DNA from: Octopus vulgaris
Lineage: Eukaryota
Reading direction: 5' to 3'
Assembly (NCBI GenBank): GCA_951406725.2
Contig: OX597821.1
Span: forward strand, 39,680,001-39,744,000
Length of the DNA stretch: 64,000 bases
This document shows, piece by piece, positions 25,090 to 36,373 of this stretch. Both the position numbers and the translations under genes were made by a program. The notes under the pieces are model-generated. The model was not told where the DNA came from. It worked only from the letters and a program-made list of their open reading frames with translations, and ran no database searches. Positions within the stretch are counted from its first letter, which is position 1. Every line of letters starts with the position of its first letter.

Positions 25090-25585
25090 CAACTCACCAG
25101 AAGAAATTTCTCCATATGTTTACATTTTCTGAAATTTTCAGTTCTGGAATGTAGTAGTGTGGTGGAATTCATAGATCAAAAATGAATATGCCATCTTTCA
25201 GCTTCACATAAGTTGCATTTCTTAGATCCATTAACATATGGCATGGATTTTCTATGATTCTCCATTTGATTGTATGTGATGTGCTGTTGGTTTTCAAACT
25301 CCATATGTGGCTAACCAACTTAGTGTGGCTTCACATTTGTTGATGTACCAGAAAGAAGATATTTGGTTTGCATAACATCTTTTGACATTATCTTCTCATA
25401 ACTTGATATAAATTTTTGCTGTTATGAAGTGTTGCTGTTTTCTTCTGCCTCATAGATGATGGAGTTTATCATACATACCCATTAAAGTGGGCGAGCTTCA
25501 AGGTCTCAGAAGTTACAATTGGAAGTATGCTCCAAGTGATGCTTGTGTATGATAATGTTCTTCATGTTGGGGCAACACCTGTATG
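25090..25585 (-). mobile_element. Penelope-like retroelement GIY-YIG endonuclease remnant (frameshifted)
   Basis: Minus-strand pieces across frameshifts read CCPNMKNII...CN..DLEA.PL.G...NSIIYEA...KIYI...SHIWSLK...TIKWRII...MPYVNGSKKCNLCEAEK...RKCKHMEKFLL, which is the C-terminal architecture of PLE ORFs. Confidence 0.8.
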
Positions 25586-25619
25586 ATATTTTAATTGAGT
25601 TGCTGTTATAAATCTTCCT

Positions 25620-25992
25620 GTATTTGTGGTTTACAGGAAATGCTTACCTTTCTCTTCCAGATAAGCGGTTTACTCAAAGCGACCATTCCCAGCTTCCACC
25701 ACGACCTCAAGATAGTTCCAGGACCTGGCACATGCATTCTTCACTGTATCTCTGGAAAGATCTTTGAATACCTAGATCTTGGCCACCAGCTTTGCCTTGG
25801 AACTCTAGGTAAAGCAGTTGGTGTCTTTCTCAGTCATATCACACATAATAATGCACGAGATTCTAATCAGGGAGGATTAAGGGACGAGAAATTGGGGCTG
25901 GTGAAGGTGGAAATTCTTCAGAAGTATAGTAAGGCGCTGGATCCTGCTGCCACATATTTGTGTAGTTTAGAACCTTGCTTCCGACTGATGTG
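25620..25992 (-). mobile_element. Tc1/mariner-superfamily (maT/DD37D-like) transposase C-terminal remnant
   Basis: Minus strand reads MWQQDPAPYYTS, a decayed PNSPDLNPxDYYV-like stretch, EKDTN, KAKLVAKI, DTVKNACARSWNYLEVVVEAGNGRFE*. Confidence 0.75.
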
Positions 25993-26009
25993 ATATATAT
26001 ATATATATA

Positions 26010-26240
26010 AATACCTTCAATACCCATACATATCTTGCATCTATTTTCTTTCTTACACCTCGCTCTTTATTTTGTATCACAACTAAACTAACTAAGACTT
26101 AACTTTCCTCTCACACCGTCTCCGATGAAGGGATATTATTAATTAATATCCTAGAAACAGCTGTAAGACCTTCTATCTATAAATGCTCTAATATCTATAC
26201 AGCCTTGGTTTTTTTCATCTTATTACACAAAAAATTCTTA
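26010..26240 (+). mobile_element. Penelope-type pseudo-LTR-like module containing a hammerhead motif
   Basis: Short AT-rich module between (TA)n tracts, carrying the motif at 26118-26169. Confidence 0.55.
26118..26169 (+). ncRNA. Minimal type I hammerhead ribozyme motif (core variant CCGAUGA)
   Basis: Stem I gtct/agac; core ccgatga; stem II gggatatt-attaatt-aatatcct; gaaa; palindromic stem III acagctgt; cleavage triplet GUA. Confidence 0.7.
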
Positions 26241-26368
26241 AATATTTATATATATACGTATACACATACACTTATGTATTCTATATGTATATTTCTGTTG
26301 TGAGTATGGGTATGTCTGTTTATATATATTGAGATCTATCCATTTACATATGTATATATATATATATA

Positions 26369-26372
<4 letters not shown>

Positions 26373-26429
<57 letters not shown>
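26373..26429. repeat. (GA)n microsatellite
   Basis: Directly visible. Confidence 0.95.
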
Positions 26430-26432
<3 letters not shown>

Positions 26433-26997
26433 TACATGGCAAAATGTATGCATACATTTGTGAATAATCAGTAAATGTATATGCTAATGTCAGTCTGCAT
26501 GACGAAATGTATTTAATATAGCTAAAAGCAGAAATTTCTCTAAACAGCCATTGGTTAAATATTCTTGAAGCAACAATCCTTTGAGCAAGGAAAGTTACAT
26601 GATGAAAAAAATAAATAAAATAAGAAAAATTGGTAGATCTATTGCATCAAGATTTTGTCCTCATTTATAAATACCTATTGTACAAAACCATCTTGTAACC
26701 TAAATGGAATCAAATAAAGCTAATTAGATGGTTATGATATAATAGAAAAATTATGGTAACAGTCTGTATTTTGCCTGAAGCAAGATATTTCAATTATTCT
26801 CTAATCTCTCCTAAAGCAACATTTATTAATCACTATATTTCACATCTAATGCATTAGGAAAAAAAAAATGTTGCATTTACACTCTTTATTTCCAAAGAAA
26901 TACTCAGTCATTCAATATAATTCTTCGAAGATTTAATATTTAAATATTCCCTTTCAGCATGGAGAGCTTTATCTCTTCCTCTACCCCTCCCTCTTCT

Positions 26998-27071
<74 letters not shown>

Positions 27072-27563
27072 GGGTGCGATGTGTAAATTGTCGACATTTA
27101 AAATTTTTATTTCGTGCATGCACATTGTTCGCTTTTCGTTTTGTTGAATACACAGTATAGTAGGGTCAGTTGGGCACCACCTGTGAGAAAAACAGCACCA
27201 TGATGCAATTCAATCTGCCAAAAATTTGGAAACGACATGCTGCATTGCTTGGCATTTGCACCAGAAGTAAAATAGGAACCAGGTAAAACCAGATAAAACA
27301 GTAAAATAGGAACCAGGTAAAACATACTTGAGAACCACTGCTTTGATAGGTTTTGATCTTTTATCCTTTGGTTTACATTATAAAATAAACAATTAATTTT
27401 ACCATGAAAATTCCCCCAAAAGAAGTAAACTATTAAGTGGAAGGTACACGAAGATCACATGACATGCGAATGAGAAAGAATGGCATATATAAATATTTTT
27501 GTGTGTGTGTGTGTATGTATGAGTTTATATTTCTGAATATATAGAGATTTACATATATATATG

Positions 27564-27945
27564 TACTCTTTACATTTTTTTACTTGTCCTTTGACTGTGG
27601 CCATGTCTTTAGTTGAGCAAATCGACCCCAGGACTTATTCTTTGTAAGCTTAGTACTTATCCTATCAGTCTCTTTTACCAAACCGCTAAGTTATGGGGAC
27701 ATAAACACTCCAGTATCGGTTGTCAAGCGATGTTGGGGGAACAAACACAGACACACAAACATATACACATGCATACATATATACGACAAGCTTCTTCCAG
27801 TTTCCGTCTACCAAATCCACTCACAAGGGTTTGCCCAGCCCAAGGCTATAATACAAGACACTTGCCCTAAGGTGCCACGCAATGGGACTGAACCCGGAAC
27901 CATGTGGTTAGTAAGCATGCTACTTACCACACAGCTACTCCTGCG
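27564..27945 (-). mobile_element. SINE family B, near full length
   Basis: Minus strand cgcaggagtagctgtgtggtaagtagc...ccgggttcagtcccattgcgtggcacctt...gactgataggataagtac. Confidence 0.9.
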
Positions 27946-27980
<35 letters not shown>

Positions 27981-27996
27981 ATAGACACACACACAT

Positions 27997-28034
<38 letters not shown>

Positions 28035-28460
28035 GAGTCATGCTTAATTGTGTTTATCTGCATCTCTCTCTATATATATTTGTAGTAATGTTTGTTATGA
28101 ATAGTTACATGCTTACCACACCTCAGCTCTCTCTGTTCTCCTATGTGTTGTTTTGTTTTTGTTGTTCTGTTACCCTTCAAGCAAATAAAGAAATAACTAC
28201 TATCATGATTAATACCAGTATCATCATTACTACTATTCTCATAGTCACATGATTGTGTGCTTTTACAGTGTAAGTGAATGCAGCTCCTTGTGCCTTGGGT
28301 ACATGCTGTGTTTGGTTTTGCTTTTCTATTGTATTAAGTGTACTCCATATAATATATGTACACTGTCTAATACTATTATTTCTGTACATTGTCTATGTTT
28401 CTAAGTCCTTCTGTTTTACTTTTATTTTTGTATGCAATGCTTGAAAATCGTTCTCAAGAT

Positions 28461-28464
<4 letters not shown>

Positions 28465-28503
<39 letters not shown>

Positions 28504-28518
28504 GTTGTTGTTGTTATT
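28465..28518. repeat. (TTA)n/(TTG)n microsatellite
   Basis: Directly visible. Confidence 0.9.
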
Positions 28519-29569
28519 GAGATTAGTTCTGTTTTTCAATCCTCACATGTCTCCATTTCCAGGTATATTTCTTTTGGAGATATATTGTTTTGTCTTCAAC
28601 TTAATAAGTCGTTTAGAAGACTTGCATTCCTACCCCCCCCCCCCCCTTGTTCCTTCTTGCTGAACTTTGAGACAATAATGTCTAAGAAATTAGGCTGAGA
28701 CTTTTTATGGCATTTGTTCATACTATCCTTTTGCAGAGTTCGTATTAACTCTAACTGAACAGCCTTATGATAAATGGTAGTCAAGCCATGACAATCCTGT
28801 TTATTTTCTAGCAGTTTGCATCCAGGATCAGATTATCCAATGTGCCCTTACACTTTTAAGATGGGAGGGTATGGTGTACAGGAGATTTGTTTGTTTATTT
28901 TTTCCTAGTAGATTGTCTAACTGTAAAGAGACCCCCTCTCCCATCTCATTAGTTCATCTTTTGACGATACTCTTGAACAGTAAAAATCATGTCATGGCAT
29001 TTTATAAATTATTTTGGTGGAAACTAAATGACAAGTAGAACCAATATAGTTGATTCTTTCTTCGCAGCCTCTACATATATGGCAATTTATAAGTTTTGCT
29101 CCTGTTCCACTTGAGAGATTATAGTGCCGCGCAATTACCAAAAACCCTTCTGTCTCACTTTCAAATCTTGGGCGTCTCAGCCCTTAGCATATACTTTATT
29201 TTTTTACTCATCTCTGGTTTGGTCACTCTTGCAGAGAATTTGTCAGACTGGAACTTTACTAGATTGTCATTTTGTATTCACATAATTTAATTTAATTCTT
29301 TTCATTTTTACTCATATTGTAACCATTTTTAGTAATTTTACAATGATTTATTATTCCAGAAAGACTCATACCATATTAGAGACAAGTAGAATCTTTCTTT
29401 TATTTAGTACATTGTTCTTCAAAACCTGGTCATTTAGTTTCCTAGTTTTTCTTAGTAATTTCTTCAACTTCTGTTTTAGAAACTTTACATTAGTGCTACT
29501 ATATTCATGGTTAATGTTTCAAGAGTACACAATTGTGGAACTCTGCTGCCAGAAGCTTCATGGTAATTA

Positions 29570-30500
29570 CTATTAACCCATGGCATTCTCCTTTCTTCTC
29601 ATATTTTCAATTATGGTTATGTTGATCATACATAAGAGCCTTAACACTATCTTTTCTCTTCTGATTGTATGTTGTTCCTCTGAGGTGAACATTTATCTTT
29701 TGTCATAACATTTCTGTTAAGGCATCGTATACAATAATAGGTAGCAGGTTAGAGGTTGTAGTTTTGTGGCATTGATGTTTATTTTGCGGATTAAGACAGT
29801 GGTTTTCTCACTGAAACATTAAGATATTGTTTCAAGCCCCCGAGAGGAAATCATTGAATAGCTTTGCGTTTTTGTGGGCTTATGTTAAATTTGTAGCCAG
29901 AAATTTGACACTTTATCAATTCTGAGTGTTTTCCAGTTATTTGTATTTTGTAGTAGCTGTGTTAATTCTTCATTAGAATTTCTTCCCTGGAATTTTTTGC
30001 TATTATTCTTGTTGCTTTTAACATTTTCACCTTTGGCAATCCATCTGCTGTTTATACTTCTTCCCCCACAAAAATCTGTTACTTTTCTTCTCAATGGTGT
30101 TGCATTGATTTTGTTTTTACTTTGTTCTTTGTATAATCAACAAAATGCTTTAGTTCAAAGAAATGTTATCGCTTTTCATAACGACAAATTCTTTGCGATT
30201 TAGCAAGGATCTTTTGTCTTAGGCATTCTTTGATTCGGGGCTCTTCTTTCTTGTTATATTTTGGCGGTATTTATCTCCTTTTTATTTTCTAATTTCTGTT
30301 TTAGCTGTTGATATCATTAAAGATTGAGATGTTATATTTTACTTCATGTTTTTATCTCAAGTTTGTTTTCCTTATTTTGTGTTAGATTTTCGATGTTCTT
30401 ATATTCAAAGCTTTGAAGAGTCATCCTCATACCTTGGTGCCTACTGTAGCTGATGCAATGAGTTAAAGATTTCTCCATGTGATATTGATATTGGTGCTTC
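29570..30500 (-). mobile_element. Degenerate R4/Dong-type LINE, RT N-terminal region
   Basis: EELTQLLQNTNNWKTLRIDKVSNFWL (cf. NWKAPGxDxxxNFWLK), then the decayed pieces TVLI...SMPQNY.PLTC (cf. NYRPITCL). Confidence 0.7.
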
Positions 30501-31209
30501 TTTCCACGATGTCTGTGATTGATCAATTTGTGTTTTTGTTATTCTTTATGATATTTTTTGATAGTTTTTTTGATAGTTTTTTTTTCTCTCATTGGTCCAT
30601 AAAAGTTTTTCTATTGATTTTTTTCTTTTTTAACTATTTACACCTGTAGATTCAAAATTCCCAGCTTTATATTTTCTACCTTTAACTCACTCCTACATTC
30701 CCATATATTCATATGTCCCTCGATGGTTAATTCTAGTTTAACATCTTTTAGTCAAATGTTTTGCAAGTCTGCTGAGATTTGATTTTGTTGTGTATTTCTA
30801 ATTACTTTTTTTAATCTTTTTTTTTATGGTGCTTTGGTTTCAGGTTCTTAATGTTTACAATTTTAATGTTTTATTGATTTTTAAAATATATTTGTATAGT
30901 TGTTTTTAGCTTTTTGCATTTGTATTATGCATTTTTTCTTTTAAAAAGTGTTCATATATTTGTTTGTTCATCTCACTTATGTTTTGTCCATGCCAGTATG
31001 GGTAAGATGAATATACCATTGGCATATTGTTTCATATCTAGATGCTCTTACAGTTATCTAACAGTTCCTTCCAAATAATTGGCCTCTTATTCCACATCTT
31101 CAAAGAGATGTGAAGTAAACAGATAACTTGTTGACAAGAGAAATAGCAACCTCCATGCACATTTTTTCACACTTGTGAGTTGTTGCATGTGTACCATTAT
31201 CCATCTAAA

Positions 31210-31580
31210 CACTGTTCTCACCTACAACATCTCAGTTCTCTCAAATACATTGTCTTGCAATCTAGAACGCCACACACTGTAGAACATTGGCAAACTTCTT
31301 CCTCTTCTTTCCTTGCAAAGTAAACCTGTTGCTTAGCTTCTTTTCTATTTACCTGATATAATTCTCTGCTACCCTCATGTTTACAGTCTTTCCAAGTGTG
31401 TTTCTTCACCCTCGTGGCTCTGTCTACTTCACTGCTCTGACTACCATGTTACTCTCAGTCTGGCTAAAACTTTGTGCCAGCCACAGATTTGCTGTCTGGT
31501 CCTCATGAGCTGATCTCATAGGAACTTTCACTCTTCCTCCACACTGTATGTCTCCATCTCCTCTTCCTTTTTCCTCAACC
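31210..31580 (-). mobile_element. RTE-clade LINE internal fragment (endonuclease-RT linker)
   Basis: Minus strand reads QICGW.KV.ARPRVTW-like pieces and KKHTWKDCKHEGSRELYQVNRKEAKQQVYFAR. Confidence 0.6.
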
Positions 31581-32197
31581 TCTTCTACTTGTACTTCCCT
31601 AAGGTAATTAATCTTTATGTTCTTCATTCTAAATCTCTGTGAGTCAGTCCATTTGTCGTCCAAATGGCATTAATAAAATAAGTAGCAGCAATACTCCAGA
31701 TCTATTTAATTGATTACACTTCACCCTGGACATGTCTAAAGTAAAAATCAATATATTAGAAGAATAATTAGAGGGACAATTTATATGGTTTTTAATTTAT
31801 ATGAATGCCTAATGCTTCCTCATCTGTTGTTATGATTGTAAATTGTTTTGACATGGCTGATGTATATCAGACTTGGTTGAATTCTCTTTGCTGATACCCT
31901 TGTCTAAGTTGACAGAGAACATACAGGCTAATTACACAATATTCACAATTTATTGACCACTTGTTGAGTTAGTACAAATTCTGTATTTAGCCAGTTGTTG
32001 AATTTATTTAAGTTGTGCATTTCTCAAGTTATGACTCTCCATTGCTTCAACCATGTAAGTGTTAAGAAGTTTCTCCTTTTGTCTGATTCTAAACAGGAAT
32101 CATAACTAATCCAAACTAAACAATCTGAAGCATCAGTTTGCTTTCTTACTATCTCAGACCCACACATAGCCTCATATCAAAGTCTATTATAATATCA

Positions 32198-33362
32198 GTT
32201 TCAAATTTTGCCACAAGGCCAGCAATTTCAGGGAAGGGGGTAAGTCGAGTACATTGACCCCAATGCGTAACTGGTATTTTATTGACTCTGAAAGGGTGAA
32301 AGGCAAAATTGATGCTAGCAGCATTTGAACTCAGAAAGTAAAGTCAGAAGAAATGGCATAAAGTATTTTGTCTGGTGTGGTGATGATTCTTCAAGTCTGC
32401 TGCTTTAGAATTAATTATAATACCAACACACATAAATAATGTTTTCTAATGTAGGTGAAAGCCATTTTTGGGAGGTTGGTAGCATGTCAGTTCTATATAT
32501 CCCAGTACTCTATTTTATTGGCTCTGAAAGGTCAAAGGGAAATATTTACTCGGATGGGATTTGAAATCAGATCATAAAAAAACAAATCAAAATCTGCAAA
32601 GTGTTTCTCCAATGCTCTAGCAATTCTGCTGATCCACTGGTGGTGAGCTGGCAGAAACGTTAGCATGCCAGATGAAATGCTTAGCAGTATTTCGTCTCCC
32701 GTTACATTCTGAGTTCAAATTCTGCCGAGGTTGACTTTGCCTTTCATCCTTTCGGGGTCGATAAATTAAGCACTAGTTATGCACTGGGGTCAATGTAATC
32801 GACTTAATCCCTTTGTCTGTCCTTGTTTGGCCCCTCCTTGTGAACAATAATGAAATAAGAAACGTTAGCATGCCAGACGAAATGCTTAGCTGTATTTTGT
32901 CTGTCTTTACATTCTGAGTTCAAATTCTGCAGAGGTCAGCTTTGCCTTTCGTCCTTTCAAGGTTGATAAATTAAGTACCAGTTGTGTGCTGGGGTCGATC
33001 TAATCGACTGGCCCCCTCCCCCAGAATTTCGGGCCTTGTGCTTAGAGTAGAAAAGAATTCTGCCAATCCACACCAACCCTGAACATTAATAAATAATAAA
33101 TAATACATGATCATAATACTTAACCATATTATTGCTTTCAGATTTTTGCACAAGGCCAGCAACTTTAGGGGAGAAGTCAAGTTGATTACATCGATCCTCA
33201 GTGTTCAACTGGTAATTATTTCATTGGCAAAATCGACCTCAGCAGAATCTGAACTCAGAATATAAGGACAGATTTGCCCAATGGAACTTTGAACTCAATG
33301 TAAAAGACCGATGAAATGCTGCTAAGCATTTTGCCCAGTGTGCTAATAATTCCTCCAGTACA
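32198..33362. mobile_element. Cluster of about five family-A SINEs in mixed orientation (-,-,+,+,-)
   Basis: Minus copies at about 32198-32400, 32445-32635 and 33135-33362; plus copies at 32639-32857 and 32858-33058 (ggtggtgagctggcagaaacgttagc...ctttcatcctttcggggtcgataaattaag). Confidence 0.9.
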
Positions 33363-33432
33363 CCTTATTTACCCCGAATATTAACATTGGTATATGTAAT
33401 AGAAAATCATAATACTGCTGTAATATTGGGAT

Positions 33433-33626
33433 CTCACTAGTGCTGGTTGTATGGAAAGGTGCACCCAAGAACACTCTCTAAAGTGAATGGTATTAGGAAT
33501 GGCACCCAGCCTTAGAAATCATGCCAAAGCAAACACTGGAGCATAACATAGTCTTCATATTCATGGGATCCTGTGAAACTATCCAACCCATGGCAACAGG
33601 GAATATGGAATTCAATGATAATGATG
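33433..33626 (+). mobile_element. Family-C (RTE) 3' tail
   Basis: ctcactagtgctgg...gcaccc...ttaggaatggcacccagcc...tccaacccatg...aatgataatgatg. Confidence 0.7.
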
Positions 33627-33723
33627 GTAACTTTTTAAGATTTTTTCTTTCCTTGAATGAATATCTTTATTAAGTGAGTCTGATTTGGTTTCTTTTCCTT
33701 TTTTACACACTCTCTCTCTCTAT

Positions 33724-33755
<32 letters not shown>

Positions 33756-33758
<3 letters not shown>

Positions 33759-33938
33759 TTGCGGATCCGTGGAAGAAGCTGCCAGACGAGATGGTGAAGA
33801 TGCCGACGATCGCTTTGTTCAAAGCCTCCCTTGACCTCAAGTGGCCTGAACTCTTTACATGAACACCACCCTGTACTTAACTCCATGTCCCCCTACATGG
33901 CCTTGCTATTTGCTTTTGAGCCAAATTAACTAACTAAC
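33756..33938 (+). mobile_element. CR1-clade LINE 3' end inserted in (CA)n
   Basis: VADPWKKLPDEMVKMPTIALFKASLD (cf. CR1 RVVxxWNxLPxxVVxAxSxxxFKxxLD), a short 3' UTR and a (TAAC)n tail, with CA repeats on both sides. Confidence 0.8.
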
Positions 33939-34009
33939 ACACACATACTTATATATTATGTATATGGTGGAATCTCTTGATGACAAATGAGAGTTCAGTA
34001 AAACAAAGC

Positions 34010-34938
34010 ATTGATCATGTTCTATGGATACAGTTGTGTTTGTTGAGACCTGCTGGTGCCTTGCAAACCATTTGGCAAATGGAACAAGTTGAGGACTCAA
34101 GTTTGCTCGAGTGCTTGTGCATCATTTACTATGTGTTTTCTTGAGGGGATGACTAGGCCTGCTTTGCTTCATGCCACAAGACCACAATGACAGGTAAGGG
34201 TTCCATTTAAGGGAGCAGCATTTTGCCAGTATGCCTTCATGCTTGCATGGAGTTGGTCCCAGTAATGGAGTTGACTTTGCTCAAATCTTTGAACTGAGGA
34301 GAAACAGGACTGATGCCAGGTCCTTTGTTCTGATGCTTTGTTTGCCCAGAAAGAAAAGGGAATGTTGCGTCGTTTCAGATTGTCTTCTAGTTTGTCTTAG
34401 AAGCTCAAGAGTGGCCCCTTCCAACTGACCTTCCTGGAATTATTTTGATATCACTCATTTACAAAGGTCAAGCAAAGAACTTCCAGTGACATCCTTCAAC
34501 TGTTCTCATCATTATTCCTTCATCGTCATAGGATTTTACCTTTTTTAGGGCAGAGGTACACTCTCACCATCAAAACATGATGGTGGTATTTGCTGATAGT
34601 ATTTTACTGAACTATCTGCACACGGTTTTGTTTATAGCGGTCATTGCTTGTGCAACATATTGCACACTCTCTCTCCATCAGAAAAGCATTTACCAGTCCT
34701 GGTGCACAGTGTGCCACGTGTCAGATGCTAAATTGATTGCAGATTTGAGATTAGAGTGGCCTTCTCCTAGCCTAGTTGCTCAAAAACTACGAAGCCCAGT
34801 CTACCACATGAGTAAGTAGATGCTGGTAGTGCGCATCAACTAAGGGGGCCATCAGCAACCACAAACCTGGTTTTATATCAGAGCTTTCCTTCTCCTAGAT
34901 AGGTTGCCTTCACCATTGCTAACGAACCCCTTCTGCTC
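34010..34938 (-). mobile_element. Internally deleted RTE (BovB-like) LINE: 5' UTR-like part joined to the ORF C-terminus with zinc-finger motifs
   Basis: Duplicated ccttctcctagNNNNgttgc motif (about 34760 and 34888). Minus-strand pieces GRSVGR..L.F.DKLEDNLKRRNIP, TCHCGLVA.SKAGLVI, TCSICQMVCKAPAGLNKHNCIHRT*. Confidence 0.65.
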
Positions 34939-35059
34939 TATACATATAAATATACAAAAACAAAAGAAAAAAATCAAAGTGAAAATATAAGATTTAAGAA
35001 TGTAAACAAAATATATATAAAGCAATATATACATATGTACACACATTTTGTTGAATGAC

Positions 35060-35245
35060 TATTGACTACTTATGAGTTTCTCTGCCCTTTGACAGGTTTT
35101 GATTTTTGTCCCGCAGGGTATCCAACAAACATCCTCCTCACCAAACAAGCTTGGTGGGGTTGCTAGTTTAGTTGCCAATGATCTGTACAGGCAATGGGTT
35201 GTACTGGGTTACGTGTTACCAGTAGCACTGAAGAATGACCTGACA
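35060..35245 (-). mobile_element. Probable LINE (RTE-like) 5' UTR fragment
   Basis: GC-richer island whose minus strand reads actaaactagcaaccccacc...gtgaggagg...aaaacctgtcaaaggg, resembling RTE leader sequences (recognition by eye only). Confidence 0.4.
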
Positions 35246-35286
35246 TTATGATATATAAATATATATATATATATATATCACAGTAT

Positions 35287-35478
35287 AAAGTTAATCCAAA
35301 CATGAAAACACAACAACGCGAGGACGTGGAACAAGTAAAGTGTTATTGGACGCTCAGGAAAGAAAGAAGGGTTTAACGTTTCAAGCAGAGCTCTTCGTCA
35401 GAAACATAGGAAAAGGAAAGATCCAAGGAAGGGAAGATGGAGAAAAAAATCACCAACGATACACATGCGGTCACATTT
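35287..35478 (-). mobile_element. Penelope-type pseudo-LTR-like module containing a hammerhead motif
   Basis: CpG-retaining module next to (TA)n, with tatatcacagt on both flanks (about 35273 and 35488). It carries the motif at 35371-35405. Confidence 0.6.
35371..35405 (-). ncRNA. Minimal type I hammerhead ribozyme motif
   Basis: Minus strand gttt-ctgacga-a-gagc-tct-gctt-gaaa-cg-tt-aaac: stem I gttt/aaac, stem II gagc/gctt, palindromic aacgtt in place of stem III. Confidence 0.7.
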
Positions 35479-35743
35479 TGAATGGAGTATATCACAGTGT
35501 ATAAGTACATATGTATATCACAGTATATATCTATATATTTACACATAATGTTGTATATACATACGTAAATATGTGTGTGTGTGTGACTAGGGTGTTAGAA
35601 ACACCTTCGGTGCTAGAGCAATGTAGGTGTTTCCTAAAACCCTGGTCACATTTAGTGGCAATTATAATTCTCCTTTTTGCTGAAACATTGCAAACTACTG
35701 TTTATATGAATTTTATGAATATTTCCAGCGGGGTTGATGGCTA

Positions 35744-35950
35744 GTGCCACCTGACTGGTTCCCATGCCAGTAGCATGTAAAAAGCACCCACTATACTCTC
35801 AGAGTGGTTGGCATTAGGAAGGGTATCAAGCTTTAGAAACCTTACCAAATCAGATTGGAGCCTGGTACAGACTCCTGGCCTTCCAGTTCTCAGTCAAACT
35901 GTCCAACCCATGGAAAGTGGACATTAAATGACGATGATGATGATGATGAT
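35744..35950 (+). mobile_element. Family-C (RTE) 3' end
   Basis: gcatgtaaaaagcacccactatactctc...ttaggaagggtatc...ggaaagtggacattaaatgacgatgatg. Confidence 0.85.
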
Positions 35951-36146
35951 ATACATATATAACTCAATTTTAAAGTTAAAGGATTAAGGTTTAGAAAGTA
36001 TGCGTTAAATGTAGTATCCAAAATTTGTTTCAGGGTAAGCCATGTGTCTGCGGAGCACATTCACCACTTACGGCTCCTAGACATCATCAACAATACTTTC
36101 ATTATTGGAGCAACTTCCAGCAATTCCATGGTGCACATAGGGTATA

Positions 36147-36370
36147 TAGTGACCCCTTGACTATCATGGGTGTTACGTTCCAAAACCCACTGCGATAGGT
36201 GAAAATCTGCAAAGTAGAAACAGAATTGTACTGTATATTTTTTGTTTATTATTTTTATTATTTATATATATTTATTTTATTATAAATGCAAAACAACACC
36301 ACGGAGGAATTGACATAAGCTTGAATAATAAACCATGATAGGTGAACCACGATATGGTGAAGGATCACTG
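36147..36370. mobile_element. pogo/Tigger-like MITE
   Basis: Termini (c>t)agtgaccccttg...atcatgg / ccacgatatggtgaaggatcactg, with TA on both sides (36145-36146 and 36371-36372). Confidence 0.7.
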
Positions 36371-36373
36371 TAA

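Noticed and set aside
25064-25103. Possible further hammerhead at the end of the Penelope ORF (minus strand ctggtga + gttga/tcaac stem)
   Set aside because: Both core segments deviate (ctggtga, no GAAA) and it overlaps the last codons; too degenerate to call
25595-25993. 132-aa plus-strand ORF as a host gene
   Set aside because: It is the antisense frame of the Tc1/maT transposase remnant
27069-27341. Intact DNA transposon
   Set aside because: The left end looks Tc1-like (cagggtgcg) and the right end hAT-like (ttgagaaccactg), with an internal 24-bp duplication; the ends do not match each other, so at most these are two fragments
35140-35245. HDV-like or twister ribozyme in the RTE-like leader
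   Set aside because: RTE leaders can carry ribozymes, but I could not build the required nested pseudoknot by eye; it would need a covariance-model search
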